Source: Actinomycetota bacterium (lineage in GTDB: Bacteria; Actinomycetota; Acidimicrobiia; Acidimicrobiales; Aldehydirespiratoraceae). From it: a DNA stretch of 64,000 nt. Positions 1 to 9,600 of this stretch are shown here, one piece after another (positions within the stretch are counted from its first letter, which is position 1; each line of letters begins with the position of its first letter). A program made the translations under genes and the position numbers. The DNA lies in the NCBI GenBank assembly GCA_039193795.1, contig JBCCWI010000005.1, forward strand, positions 3,657 to 67,656, given 5' to 3'. The notes under the pieces are model-generated. The model did not search any database. It was not told the origin of the DNA and saw nothing but the letters and a program-made list of their open reading frames with translations.

Positions 1-1
1 T

Positions 2-1408
2 CAACACGACCTCGGCGTCGTCGCCCCGGAAGGTGACGAGTGCGACCTGATCGCGCCGTTCGTAGGCGTCGGTGAGCAGACCGAGCGCGGTTCCGGTGCC
101 GAGTGCGGCGCGATCGGCAGCACCCATCGAACCGCTCGTGTCGACGACCAGGATCAGGAGACTGCCCGACGGGTATTCCTTCACAGCGAGCCGGACGTCA
201 TCGGTGGTGAGCACCGCTTCCGGGTCCGCGGCTCGTCGCTCGGCGACTCGCCGCACGGTTCCGGCGACGGCGATGGGACGGGTCGATGTCGGGTCGTACG
301 GCTCGTCGCGGACGAACCGTCCCTTGCTTGCGTCCGCCACCGCACGACGACCCGACGTGGCATCGCCGCCGGAGCGTGATCGCAGCTCGCGGGTCGGGGG
401 TCGGCGATCGTCGCCGACCGCCATCGGCTGCGACGCTTCCGATGACGCCTGCGGCGACTCGGCGTCTGCAGACGATCCGTCGTCGGCCGGACCGTCGGGT
501 TCGGTGCCGTCGCGGGGGACGGTGTCGTCGATCGCGTCTGCGAGGTCGTCGGGAGGCAGGACGGGGGGGTCGAACGGATTGCGGCGGCTGCGGTGGGCGA
601 GCACGAGCGGGGCGACGCGCCGGAGATCGGACGCATCCGCCACCGGCCGACCGTCGAGCGCTGCGTGGGCAGCGGCGGCGCGACAGAGCACGATGTCGGC
701 CCGAAGCCCTTCGGCGCCGACCGCGAGCGCAAGACGGCTCGCCGTCTCGACGAGCTCGTCGGGGATCTGCGCCGGCTCGGCGGCGGCGATGACACTGGCC
801 AACCGCTCGGTCTCTGCGGCGAGGTCGTCGGCGGCGCCTGCGTCGAACGACAAACGGCGGCGAACCGCCTCGGCGCGCTCGACCGGGTCACCGCTGGCGG
901 TGATGCTGACCGAGAGGCCGAATCGGTCGAGGAGTTGCGGTCGCAGTTCCCCCTCCTCGGGGTTCATCGAGCCAACGAGCACGAGGCGGGCGTCGTGCAC
1001 GTGGGACACGCCCTCCCGCTCGACCCGGTTCGTGCCCGAGACGGCGACGTCGAGCAGCGTGTCGACCAGATGGTCGGCCAACAGGTTGATCTCGTCGACG
1101 TAGAGAACTCCCCCGTGGGCGGCAGCGAGCAGCCCAGGGGTGAACCGCACCTCGTGCTCGGCGATGACCGTGTGCAGATCGAGACTGCCGATCAGCCGAT
1201 CCTCGGTGGTTCCGAGCGGCAGATCGACGAACGCGGCCTCGCCCGACAACAGATCGGCGAGGCCTCGGGCGAGCGTCGTCTTGGCCGACCCCTTCTCGCC
1301 GCGCAGCAGCACCCCACCGATCCGCGGATCGATGGCGACCAACTGCAGGGCGAGTTTGGCGTCGTCCTGGCCGACGACCGCAGCGAACGGGAACCGTCGA
1401 TCGGTCAC
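2..1408 (-). CDS. Magnesium/cobalt chelatase ATPase, ChlI/ChlD-like (AAA+ plus vWA), 3' end runs off the window
   Basis: Not in the ORF track. Manual translation from GTG at 1408, which overlaps the cobN stop: MTDRRFPFAAVVGQDDAKLALQLVAIDPRIGGVLLRGEKGSAKTT (Walker A). Near base 2 it reads DAYERRDQVALVTFRGDDAEVVL (vWA). Confidence 0.9.
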   Translation of the reverse strand, partial: MTDRRFPFAAVVGQDDAKLALQLVAIDPRIGGVLLRGEKGSAKTTLARGLADLLSGEAAFVDLPLGTTEDRLIGSLDLHTVIAEHEVRFTPGLLAAAHGGVLYVDEINLLADHLVDTLLDVAVSGTNRVEREGVSHVHDARLVLVGSMNPEEGELRPQLLDRFGLSVSITASGDPVERAEAVRRRLSFDAGAADDLAAETERLASVIAAAEPAQIPDELVETASRLALAVGAEGLRADIVLCRAAAAHAALDGRPVADASDLRRVAPLVLAHRSRRNPFDPPVLPPDDLADAIDDTVPRDGTEPDGPADDGSSADAESPQASSEASQPMAVGDDRRPPTRELRSRSGGDATSGRRAVADASKGRFVRDEPYDPTSTRPIAVAGTVRRVAERRAADPEAVLTTDDVRLAVKEYPSGSLLILVVDTSGSMGAADRAALGTGTALGLLTDAYERRDQVALVTFRGDDAEVVL

Positions 1409-4400
1409 CGGCGCTCTTCCCATGCCTCGGCTTCGAGGATCGCGGACTCGAGCGTCGCCCGAGCTTCGGGCGTGGCGTCCCACATGTCGCGCTGATCGGC
1501 TTCGAGGAGCCGTTCCGCGATCGACCGGAGCGCCCACGGATTGGACTCCTCGAAGAAGGCCTTCATCTCGGCATCGCCGACATAGGCCTCGGTGACCCGT
1601 TCGTACATCCAGTCCTCCACGACCTTGGCGGTGGCGTCGTAGCCGAAGAGATAGTCGACGGTGGCGGCGAGCTCGAACGCGCCCTTGTAGCCGTGCCGCT
1701 GCATGGCGCCGATCCACTTCGGGTTCAGCACGCGGCTGCGCACGACACGGGCGGCCTCCTCGGCCAACGTCCGAACCTTGGGGTTGGCCGGGTCGGCCGA
1801 GTCGCCGAACCACGCTTTGGGTTCGCGACCACTCAGCGCCCGGACCGCCGCGACCATGCCGCCGTGATCCTGGAGATAGTCGTCCGAGTCGAAGATGTCG
1901 TGCTCACGGTTGTCCTGATTCTTGACCGCCACCTCGATGGCGGCGAAACGGCGGCGCATCGCCTCCGGTTCAGAGGTGCCGAACCGGTCCCGTCCGTAGG
2001 CGAAGCCCGACCACGCGAGATACACCTCGGCCAGGTCGGCGTCGCTGCGCCAGTCGCGGGATTCGAGCACGGGGAGGATGCCCGAACCGTAGCCACCCGG
2101 CGGCGGCCCGTAGATACGAGCGTCGGCCACGCCAACGGCGGCGATCGGGTTCTGTTCGATCGGTTCATCGAGCGCGGCCACCATGGCCACGGCATCGTCG
2201 AGCAGTGCGATGACGTGGGGGAACGCATCGCGGAAGAACCCCGAGATGCGCAGGGTGACGTCGACTCTGGGTCGACCGAGCTCGGCGAGCGGAATCACCT
2301 CGAGCCCGACGACCCGCCCGCTCTCGTCGTTCCACTGCGGACGGACCCCCAGGAGCGCCAACGCTTCGGCGGCGTCGTCGCCGGTGGTCCGCATGGCCGC
2401 CGTGCCCCAGAGCACGAGACCGACCGTCGTCGGCGCTTCGCCCGTCTCGTCGACATGCTTCTCGACGAGACGTTCCGCCAACGACGACCCGACCTGCCAG
2501 GCCAGCGGCGACGGAATCGCCTTCGGGTCGACCGAGTAGAAGTTGCGGCCGGTCGGGAGCACATGGGCGCCCCCGCGGCTGGGCGCACCGCTCGGCCCGG
2601 CGGGTACGTACCGGCCTTCGAGCATGCGCAGCAGGTTGTCGATCTCGTCGGTCGTCTGTTCGAGCGATGGCACCAGCCGGGCAGCGACCCAGCGGAGGGT
2701 CGGATCGTCGGTCGAAGTCGAGTCCCAGCCGGTCGCCGCCAACGCCTCGACACGGGCACGACACTCGGCCTCGATGCGGTCGACACCGACCCGGTCGGCC
2801 GTGTCGAGGTCGAGGCCCAAGTCGGCAGCCACGGTCGCTCGTAGCGCCGGCACCGACCCCTGGGGCAGCCGGGTGACGGCCAGAGCGGTCTCGACGAGCG
2901 TGTCGCCTTCGGGCCCGCGGCCCAACAGGTGGAGGCCACCCCGGATCTGTGCGTCCTTCAAGGCGCAGAGGTAGCCGTCGACATGGAGGATCATGTCGTC
3001 GAAGTCGTCGGCGTCATCGGGGGCCGCATCCCCGAGTTCGAGATCGCGGTGGATCTCGGTCGAGACCAGCAGTTCCCACACCTGATCTCGGATCGCTGGC
3101 AGCTTGCCCGGGTCCATCGCCTCGTACTGGGCGTAGGCGTCGAGGAGCTGCTCGAGGCGGGCGACGTCGTCGTAGACGTCGGCCCGGGTGAGCGGCGGTG
3201 GCAGATGGTCGATGACGATGGCGTGGGTCCGCCGCTTGGCCTGCGTGCCCTCCCCGGGATCGTTGACGACGAACGGGTAGGCGAGCGGCAGGTCGCCGAG
3301 CGCGGCGTCGGGGAAACAGCTTCCCGAGAGCGCCAGCGCCTTGCCCGGCAGCCACTCGAGGGTGCCGTGCTTGCCGAGGTGCACCATCGCGTCGGCGCCC
3401 CACCCACCCTCCTCGGCGGACGCTGCGAGCCAGCGGTAGAACGCCAGGTAGTGATGGGGCGGCGGCATGTCGGGTGCGTGATAGGTGCCGATCGGATCCG
3501 GCCCGAACCCGCGGGGTGGCTGGATGGTCACCAGCACGCCGCCCAGATCGAGGCCCGGGAACACCAGCTCGCCGCCGTGGTGATACACCTCGCCGGGGGC
3601 CGGGCCCCACAGCGCTTCGACCTCGGATCGAGCGTCATCGGGAAGCCCGGAGAACCAGGACGTGTACGCGTCGGCATCGAGTCGCCCCGGCGCGTTGGCC
3701 AGCTGTTCGTCGCTGAGCGTCGGGAGGTCGTAGGTGAGCTTGTCGGCCAACTCGGCCATCAGGGCATCGCCGTCCTCGGGAATCCGGTCGACCCGGTGCC
3801 CGGCGCGGGCAAGCGCGTGGAGCAGATCGACAGCGGAGGCCGGCGTGTCGAGACCGACTGCGTTTCCGAGCCGACTCCGCTTGGTCGGGTAGGCCGACAG
3901 CACGAGGACGACACGGCGATCCGCAGGAGGTGTTCTCCGCAGTCGGGCATGCCGCACCGCGAGCCCGGCGAGACGCTCGGTTCGGTCGGCATCGGTCCGG
4001 GTGGCGACGATCTCCCCTCCCTGCTCGGCATCGTCGTCGACGATCTCCTTGAAGGCGAACGTCGGACCGATGATCCGGCCGTCGAACTCGGGGATCGCCA
4101 CGCCCATGCCGACGTCGACCGGTGACAGGCCGGCGTCATCCTCGGCCCATGCGGCCGCGGAGCGGCTCGACGCAGGAGCCTGGATGACCGGCACGTCGAG
4201 CTCCGCGAGCATCGGCACCTCCCACTGATCGCCGTCCTCGCCCGCCGTCGCGCCGGCGGCGAAGATCGATGTGATCACCGCATCGACCCGGTGTTCGATG
4301 CAGAGCCCGAGGGCCGGTACCTCGCCGGCGTCGTCGAGACGGAGCGAGTAGGTGAAGATCGGCAATGCGTCGCCGCCCTTGGCCTCGATTGCGTCGCACA

Positions 4401-4956
4401 GGTCGGCGACATAGGTCGTGTTCCCGGCGACGAGGTGGGCCCGGTAGAAGATGACGGCCACCAAGGGCCGATCGGCGTTGCGGGCCGCGTCCGGCCGACC
4501 GAGGCCGGCGCCGTCCCACACGCCCGTGCGGGGCAGCTCGACCGGCGGTTCGAAACCGAACCCGGTGAACAGCATCGTGTCCGAAACGAAGCGGAAGAGT
4601 TGGCCGATGTTCCCCGGGCCGCCGGCGACGAGGTAGCCGTGGGCCTCGGCCACGACCCCGGCGGGCGCGGTCGATCGCTCCGCCAGCTCCGCGTCGGGGA
4701 TCGCTTCGCCACCGACCGCCAGCACGGGGATCGAGGCGTCGGCGGCGGCCGCCAGCAACTCCTCGAACGCGCCCTCCCACGCCTTGGCTCCTCCGAGCAA
4801 GCGGACGATCATCACGTCGACCCCGGCGAGTGACGGTGCGGTGTCGAGCCGGTCGGGATTCGCCCACCGCACCGCACCGAAGCCCTCGGGCAGATCGTCG
4901 ACGGCGGAACGAGCCGCCAGCAGCTCGGTGTCGGCGTTGGAGAGGAAGAGGATCAT
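1405..4956 (-). CDS. cobN: Cobaltochelatase subunit CobN
   Basis: ORF 1405..4992 carries HLGKHGTLEWLPGK, LPTGRNFYSVDP, RISGFFRDAFP and KNQDNREHDIFDSDDY. Start placed at ATG 4956 (MILFLSNADTEL), with AAGGA upstream. Confidence 0.96.
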   Translation of the reverse strand: MILFLSNADTELLAARSAVDDLPEGFGAVRWANPDRLDTAPSLAGVDVMIVRLLGGAKAWEGAFEELLAAAADASIPVLAVGGEAIPDAELAERSTAPAGVVAEAHGYLVAGGPGNIGQLFRFVSDTMLFTGFGFEPPVELPRTGVWDGAGLGRPDAARNADRPLVAVIFYRAHLVAGNTTYVADLCDAIEAKGGDALPIFTYSLRLDDAGEVPALGLCIEHRVDAVITSIFAAGATAGEDGDQWEVPMLAELDVPVIQAPASSRSAAAWAEDDAGLSPVDVGMGVAIPEFDGRIIGPTFAFKEIVDDDAEQGGEIVATRTDADRTERLAGLAVRHARLRRTPPADRRVVLVLSAYPTKRSRLGNAVGLDTPASAVDLLHALARAGHRVDRIPEDGDALMAELADKLTYDLPTLSDEQLANAPGRLDADAYTSWFSGLPDDARSEVEALWGPAPGEVYHHGGELVFPGLDLGGVLVTIQPPRGFGPDPIGTYHAPDMPPPHHYLAFYRWLAASAEEGGWGADAMVHLGKHGTLEWLPGKALALSGSCFPDAALGDLPLAYPFVVNDPGEGTQAKRRTHAIVIDHLPPPLTRADVYDDVARLEQLLDAYAQYEAMDPGKLPAIRDQVWELLVSTEIHRDLELGDAAPDDADDFDDMILHVDGYLCALKDAQIRGGLHLLGRGPEGDTLVETALAVTRLPQGSVPALRATVAADLGLDLDTADRVGVDRIEAECRARVEALAATGWDSTSTDDPTLRWVAARLVPSLEQTTDEIDNLLRMLEGRYVPAGPSGAPSRGGAHVLPTGRNFYSVDPKAIPSPLAWQVGSSLAERLVEKHVDETGEAPTTVGLVLWGTAAMRTTGDDAAEALALLGVRPQWNDESGRVVGLEVIPLAELGRPRVDVTLRISGFFRDAFPHVIALLDDAVAMVAALDEPIEQNPIAAVGVADARIYGPPPGGYGSGILPVLESRDWRSDADLAEVYLAWSGFAYGRDRFGTSEPEAMRRRFAAIEVAVKNQDNREHDIFDSDDYLQDHGGMVAAVRALSGREPKAWFGDSADPANPKVRTLAEEAARVVRSRVLNPKWIGAMQRHGYKGAFELAATVDYLFGYDATAKVVEDWMYERVTEAYVGDAEMKAFFEESNPWALRSIAERLLEADQRDMWDATPEARATLESAILEAEAWEERR

Positions 4957-4978
4957 GTGGGGCGTCCTTGGATGGAGG

Positions 4979-6502
4979 TCATCGGCATTCACCGATCAAC
5001 CGGTAGAGCGCGGGCAGGTCGAGTGACGCGGCGAGATGATCGGCCAACCGGTCGAGCTCGGCCTCGCGATGGGTGGCGGGCGTGACGGCTCCGGGCGCGA
5101 ACGACGATCCCGAGCGTGCGGCGACCTGCCGCAGGAACGCGTGGCGGAACTCGTCCTCGTCGAACAGGCCGTGCAGTGTCGTACCGAACACGGCACCGGC
5201 CCGGAATCCCTCGGGTTCGCCGTCGAGCACGAGCCACGGTTCGTCGCTTGCATCACCGTCGGGGCGCACCCGGCCGTGATGGATCTGGTAGCCGACGATC
5301 GGGTGTCCGAGTGCGTGGCCCCGCCGACAGGCGAGCACCTTGTCGGCGGCGAAGGAGGTCGAAACGGGGAGTGCACCGAGGCCGTCGACGGCACCGGCCC
5401 GACTCTCGACGTCGTCGTCGATGTGGCGGCCGAGCATCTGGTAGCCGCCGCAGATCCCGAGCACCGTGGTGGTCGACGGCAGGTCGGTGATCGCTCGATC
5501 GAAGCCGCGATCACGCATCCAACGGAGGTCGTCGACCGTCGCCTTCGATCCCGGGATGATGACGAGGTCGGGTACCCCGAGCTCGCGGGCGGAGCGCACG
5601 AACCGCACGTCGACGTCGTCCTCGAGGGCCAGTGCATCGACATCGGTGAAGTTCGAGATGCGGGGCAACCGGATCACGGCGACATCGAGCGACGCCGATG
5701 CGTCGGACTCCGGCAATCGGTCGAGGGCGAGCGAGTCCTCGGCGTCGAGGCGGAGCGACTCCAGCATCGGAACCACGCCAAGCGTCGGGATCCCGGTGAG
5801 CGCCTCGAGCTGATCGGTGCCGTCGAGCAGCAGTGCGGGGTCGCCGCGGAGCTTGTTGATCACGAACGCTTTGATGCAGGCGGCCAGGTGCTCGGGCAGC
5901 ACGCCGACGGTTCCGTAGAGCGAGGCGAACACGCCGCCCGGATCGATGTCACCGACCACGATGGCGGGGAGGCCCGCGGCTTCGGCCAGGCGGAGGTTGA
6001 CGATGTCGTTGGCGAGCAGGTTGATCTCCGCAGGCGAGCCGGCGCCTTCGACCAGCACGACGTCGAACCTCGACCGCAGGTCGGCGAGTGCATCGAGCAC
6101 CATCTCGAACAGTTCGGGCTTGGCCGAGTGGTACGCCTGGGCGCTCATCGTCGCGTACGGCTTGCCGAGCACCACGACCTGACTCTCGCGCTCGCCGGTC
6201 GGCTTCAGGAGCACGGGATTCATCGCGACCTCGGGCTCGACGCCGGCCGCCTGGGCCTGCAGGTACTGAGCCCGCCCGATCTCGTGGCCGGAGGTGGTGA
6301 CGGCGGAGTTGAGCGCCATGTTCTGTGCTTTGAAGGGCGCCACCCGAACACCCGAGCGGGCGAGGAGACGGCACATGCCGGCGACCAACGTGGTCTTGCC
6401 CGAGTCCGAGGTCGTGCCGCACACCATCAACGCGCCGCGTTCGGGCGGGATGGCGTCGGCGTCGGCCGAACGGGGATGGAGCTCGGGTTCGTTGCGATCC
6501 AT
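4979..6502 (-). CDS. cobQ: Cobyric acid synthase
   Basis: GTTSDSGKT, PFKAQNMALNS, EGAGSPAEINL, RISNFTD and GICGGYQMLG motifs. Confidence 0.96.
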   Translation of the reverse strand: MDRNEPELHPRSADADAIPPERGALMVCGTTSDSGKTTLVAGMCRLLARSGVRVAPFKAQNMALNSAVTTSGHEIGRAQYLQAQAAGVEPEVAMNPVLLKPTGERESQVVVLGKPYATMSAQAYHSAKPELFEMVLDALADLRSRFDVVLVEGAGSPAEINLLANDIVNLRLAEAAGLPAIVVGDIDPGGVFASLYGTVGVLPEHLAACIKAFVINKLRGDPALLLDGTDQLEALTGIPTLGVVPMLESLRLDAEDSLALDRLPESDASASLDVAVIRLPRISNFTDVDALALEDDVDVRFVRSARELGVPDLVIIPGSKATVDDLRWMRDRGFDRAITDLPSTTTVLGICGGYQMLGRHIDDDVESRAGAVDGLGALPVSTSFAADKVLACRRGHALGHPIVGYQIHHGRVRPDGDASDEPWLVLDGEPEGFRAGAVFGTTLHGLFDEDEFRHAFLRQVAARSGSSFAPGAVTPATHREAELDRLADHLAASLDLPALYRLIGECR

Positions 6503-6529
6503 CCTCGTGGCTCGTCTGTCGGCAATGCG

Positions 6530-6640
6530 GGATCCGGCTGGCGATCTGGCTCCGAACGATCCGGTGCCGGCGTCGCCGACGATCGTTCGTCACAGTTGCG
6601 GGACAGCTCCGGATTCGCACCGGATTCCCCACCCGAGATG
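6530..6640 (-). ncRNA. Cobalamin (B12) riboswitch
   Basis: Minus strand reads GGGAATCCGGTGCGAATCCGGAGCTGTCCCGCAACTGT...GAGCCAGA, the conserved B12-element core, directly upstream of cobQ. Confidence 0.92.
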
Positions 6641-6646
6641 GCGCTG

Positions 6647-6652
6647 AGTATA
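6647..6652 (-). promoter_or_regulatory. -10 box (TATACT) for the riboswitch-cobQ transcript
   Basis: Near-consensus TATACT just 5' of the riboswitch. Confidence 0.55.
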
Positions 6653-6722
6653 CCGATCGGCGGCCGCCCGCCTTCATGGCCGTCGGTCGCCAAATCCCCT
6701 GATCTGGGTCACACTTGCCGCC

Positions 6723-7244
6723 ATGGCGCGTCGATCGATCGTTCTCATCAACACCGGCGAAGGCAAGGGGAAGTCCTCGTCCGCATTCGGCGTGATGTCG
6801 CGAGGGTGGGCTCGGGGTTGGAACGTGGGCGTCGTGCAGTTCGTGAAGGGCGGGAAGTGGAAGATCGGCGAACGCAAGCTCGCCGACCATCTCGACATCG
6901 AATGGCACACCCTCGGCGACGGCTTCACCTGGGAATCCACGGACATGGACGAGACCGTCGCGAAGGGCCGGCACGCATGGGGCGTCGCCAAGGACAAGCT
7001 TCAGAGCGGCGACTACCAGTTGCTGATCCTCGACGAAGTCACCTACACGATGAAGTACGGCTGGGTCGACGTCGCAGAGGTCGTCGAGGCGGTCCAGAAC
7101 CGGGCCGAGGGCACCAATGTGGTGATCACCGGGCGCTACGCGCCCCAGGAACTCATCGACATCGCCGACACGGTCACCGAGATGCGCAAGGTCAAACACG
7201 CCTATGACCAGGGAATCAAGGCGATGAAGGGCATCGAGTACTGA
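6723..7244 (+). CDS. cobO: Cob(I)yrinic acid a,c-diamide adenosyltransferase
   Basis: NTGEGKGKSSSAFG, VVQFVKG, ILDEV, VITGRYAP and KGIEY. Confidence 0.95.
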   Translation: MARRSIVLINTGEGKGKSSSAFGVMSRGWARGWNVGVVQFVKGGKWKIGERKLADHLDIEWHTLGDGFTWESTDMDETVAKGRHAWGVAKDKLQSGDYQLLILDEVTYTMKYGWVDVAEVVEAVQNRAEGTNVVITGRYAPQELIDIADTVTEMRKVKHAYDQGIKAMKGIEY

Positions 7245-7277
7245 GTCCGGGCCGGACATCGAGACTCGCCTTCCACC

Positions 7278-8624
7278 ATGACCACCCTCGGCCCTCGCCT
7301 GGTCGTCGCCGGCACCCACTCCGGGGTCGGCAAGACCACGATCGCGACCGGGCTGATGGTCGCCCTGCGTCGAGCCGGCCACACGGTCGCGTCGGCCAAG
7401 GTCGGGCCGGACTTCATCGATCCCGGCTACCACTCGCTGGCTACGGGACGGCCGCCGCGCAACCTCGATGCGTGGATGAGCGGGCTCGAACTGATCGGGC
7501 CACTGGCCGCTCGCGCCGGCACCGACGCCGACATCACGATCATCGAGGGGGTGATGGGCCTCTTCGACGGCGCGAACGACGGATCACCCTCCTCGACCGC
7601 CGACATCGCCATCGAACTCGATGCACCGGTCGCCCTCGTGGTCGACGGCTCATCGATGAGCAGTTCGGTGGCTGCGTTGGTTCAGGGGTACCGGGACCAC
7701 CGGCCCGAACTCCGATTCGCCGGGGTGATCCTCAATCGGGTCTCGACGGAACGACACCGAACCCTGCTGATCGAAGCGCTGGCGGCCATCGACGTTCCCG
7801 TGCTGGGCACGATCGCACGCGACGACGCGATGACGTGGCGCGACCGCCACCTCGGACTCGTGCCCGTCGACGAGCAGCCCGACGAGGTGCGGGCCTCGCT
7901 CGAGCGGCTGGGCGGAGCCGTGGGCGACGGATGCGACCTCGAGCGCGTGATGGCGATCGCCACCGCTGCGCCCGGGCGCACGGTCGACGCACCCCAGACC
8001 CCCGCACCCGGGTCGCCGGTGCCCATCGCGGTTGCGGGAGGACCAGCCTTCACGTTCCAGTACCGCGACAACATCGAGGCGCTTCAGGCGGCCGGGGCCG
8101 AGCTCCTTCCCTTCGATCCACTCGTCGATGAGCACCTTCCCGACGGCGTCGCCGGGCTCATCATCGGTGGGGGGTTCCCCGAGGTCTTCGCGCCTCGTCT
8201 CGCGGACAACCGCCGGCTGCTCGACGAGGTGGCGCACGCCGTCGGCGACGGACTCATCACCTGGGCGGAGTGTGGTGGTCTCCTGTGGCTGAGTCGATCA
8301 CTCGATGATCGCTCCATGGCCGGAGTGATCCCCGCCCGGACCACGATGAGCGATCGGCTCACGCTCGGATACCGCACCGCAACCGCCGCGACCGACACGC
8401 CACTCGCTCTGGCGGGGTCGGTGCTGCGAGGTCACGAATTCCACTACTCGGTCTGCGAGCCCGGAGGCGATGCGCTGCAGCTCACGTCGCGCTTCGACAT
8501 GCGTTCGGAGGGATTCGGTTCGCCGACGATGCTCGCGACCTATCTCCATCAGCATCTCGCCGCAGCTCCCGAGCGGGCGGAGCGGTTCGTCCAGTCCTGC
8601 CGAGAGGCCGACCGACACCGCTGA
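7278..8624 (+). CDS. cobB: Cobyrinate a,c-diamide synthase (CobB/CbiA)
   Basis: SGVGKTT, KVGPDFIDP, EGVMGLFDG, GGGFPE, AECGG and GHEFHYS. Confidence 0.95.
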   Translation: MTTLGPRLVVAGTHSGVGKTTIATGLMVALRRAGHTVASAKVGPDFIDPGYHSLATGRPPRNLDAWMSGLELIGPLAARAGTDADITIIEGVMGLFDGANDGSPSSTADIAIELDAPVALVVDGSSMSSSVAALVQGYRDHRPELRFAGVILNRVSTERHRTLLIEALAAIDVPVLGTIARDDAMTWRDRHLGLVPVDEQPDEVRASLERLGGAVGDGCDLERVMAIATAAPGRTVDAPQTPAPGSPVPIAVAGGPAFTFQYRDNIEALQAAGAELLPFDPLVDEHLPDGVAGLIIGGGFPEVFAPRLADNRRLLDEVAHAVGDGLITWAECGGLLWLSRSLDDRSMAGVIPARTTMSDRLTLGYRTATAATDTPLALAGSVLRGHEFHYSVCEPGGDALQLTSRFDMRSEGFGSPTMLATYLHQHLAAAPERAERFVQSCREADRHR

Positions 8625-8657
8625 TCCGTCGTGACAACGACCGAAGCCGACGCGTTA

Positions 8658-8678
8658 CCCTACGTCATGCCCTACGTC
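8658..8678 (+). promoter_or_regulatory. 9-bp direct repeat CCCTACGTC x2, candidate RHH operator
   Basis: Exact repeat at 8658-8666 and 8670-8678 in the 76-bp gap before the RHH-fusion gene. It overlaps a TACCCT -10-like hexamer at 8656-8661. Confidence 0.45.
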
Positions 8679-8700
8679 TGGATCGCAGGGCCTGACCACC

Positions 8701-9600
8701 ATGCGCAAGACCTCCGTCTACCTCCCCGATCGGCTCAAAGAACGTCTCGCCGCGCTCGCCGGCCATCTCGACGTGTCCGAAGCCGAACTCATCCGCGAAG
8801 CCATCGAGGCACGACTCGAGGAGCCCGGGATCGCACCGACCCCGCGCCCCGATCCCGCGATGCCCGGCCGCTTCGTCGGCGTCGGCGTCGGCCCCGGGCC
8901 AACCGACCTCGTCACCGTGCGCGCCATCGAGGCACTGCGCCGGGCCGACCGTGTCTTCGCGCCATGCACCTCGCTGGAGGCGGTCGGACGAGCCGAAGCG
9001 ATCGTCCGGGAGGCGGCGCCCGATATCGTCGTCGAACGGCTGGTGTTCGTGATGCAACCGGACCACGACGCCCGGGCAGATGCCCTGGTCGCCGTCTGCG
9101 ACCGGATCACCGAGCACCTGAACGCCGGTGAAGAGGTCGCCTTCATCACCCTCGGCGATCCCAACCTGTATTCGACCGTCTCCTCGGTGGTCGCCGGCGT
9201 TCGAGCCCGTCGCCCGAACACCGTCGTCGAGACGGTCGCCGGCATCATGGCCTTCCAGGCGCTCGCGGCCGAAGGCGGCGTCGTGCTCACCGATGAGCAG
9301 CAGAGCATCGTGCTGTTGCCGGCGAGCGTCGACGCCGAACTGATCGACGTCGAACTCGAGCGGCCGGATCGCACCGTCATCCTCTACAAGGGAGGCGGCC
9401 GGCTCGCCGCGGTCGCCGACCAACTCGAAGCGACCGGCCGGCTCGACGACGCCGTGCTGGGCGAACTCGTCGGGATGCCCGGCGAGCGGATCACCGCAGT
9501 GGCGGCGGTTCGCGATCAACCGGCGTCCTACCTCAGCACCGTCATCGCGCCGGCCCCCGAAGGCGTCGGACCGACACCGGGCATTGCGGAGGGCGCGTGA
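8701..9600 (+). CDS. cobI: Precorrin-2 C20-methyltransferase (CobI/CbiL) with N-terminal ribbon-helix-helix (CopG-like) domain
   Basis: N-terminus MRKTSVYLPDRLKERLAALAGHLDVSEAELIREAIE fits the RHH pattern, followed by GVGVGPGPTDLVT and FITLGDPNLYST (tetrapyrrole methylase). Confidence 0.88.
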   Translation: MRKTSVYLPDRLKERLAALAGHLDVSEAELIREAIEARLEEPGIAPTPRPDPAMPGRFVGVGVGPGPTDLVTVRAIEALRRADRVFAPCTSLEAVGRAEAIVREAAPDIVVERLVFVMQPDHDARADALVAVCDRITEHLNAGEEVAFITLGDPNLYSTVSSVVAGVRARRPNTVVETVAGIMAFQALAAEGGVVLTDEQQSIVLLPASVDAELIDVELERPDRTVILYKGGGRLAAVADQLEATGRLDDAVLGELVGMPGERITAVAAVRDQPASYLSTVIAPAPEGVGPTPGIAEGA

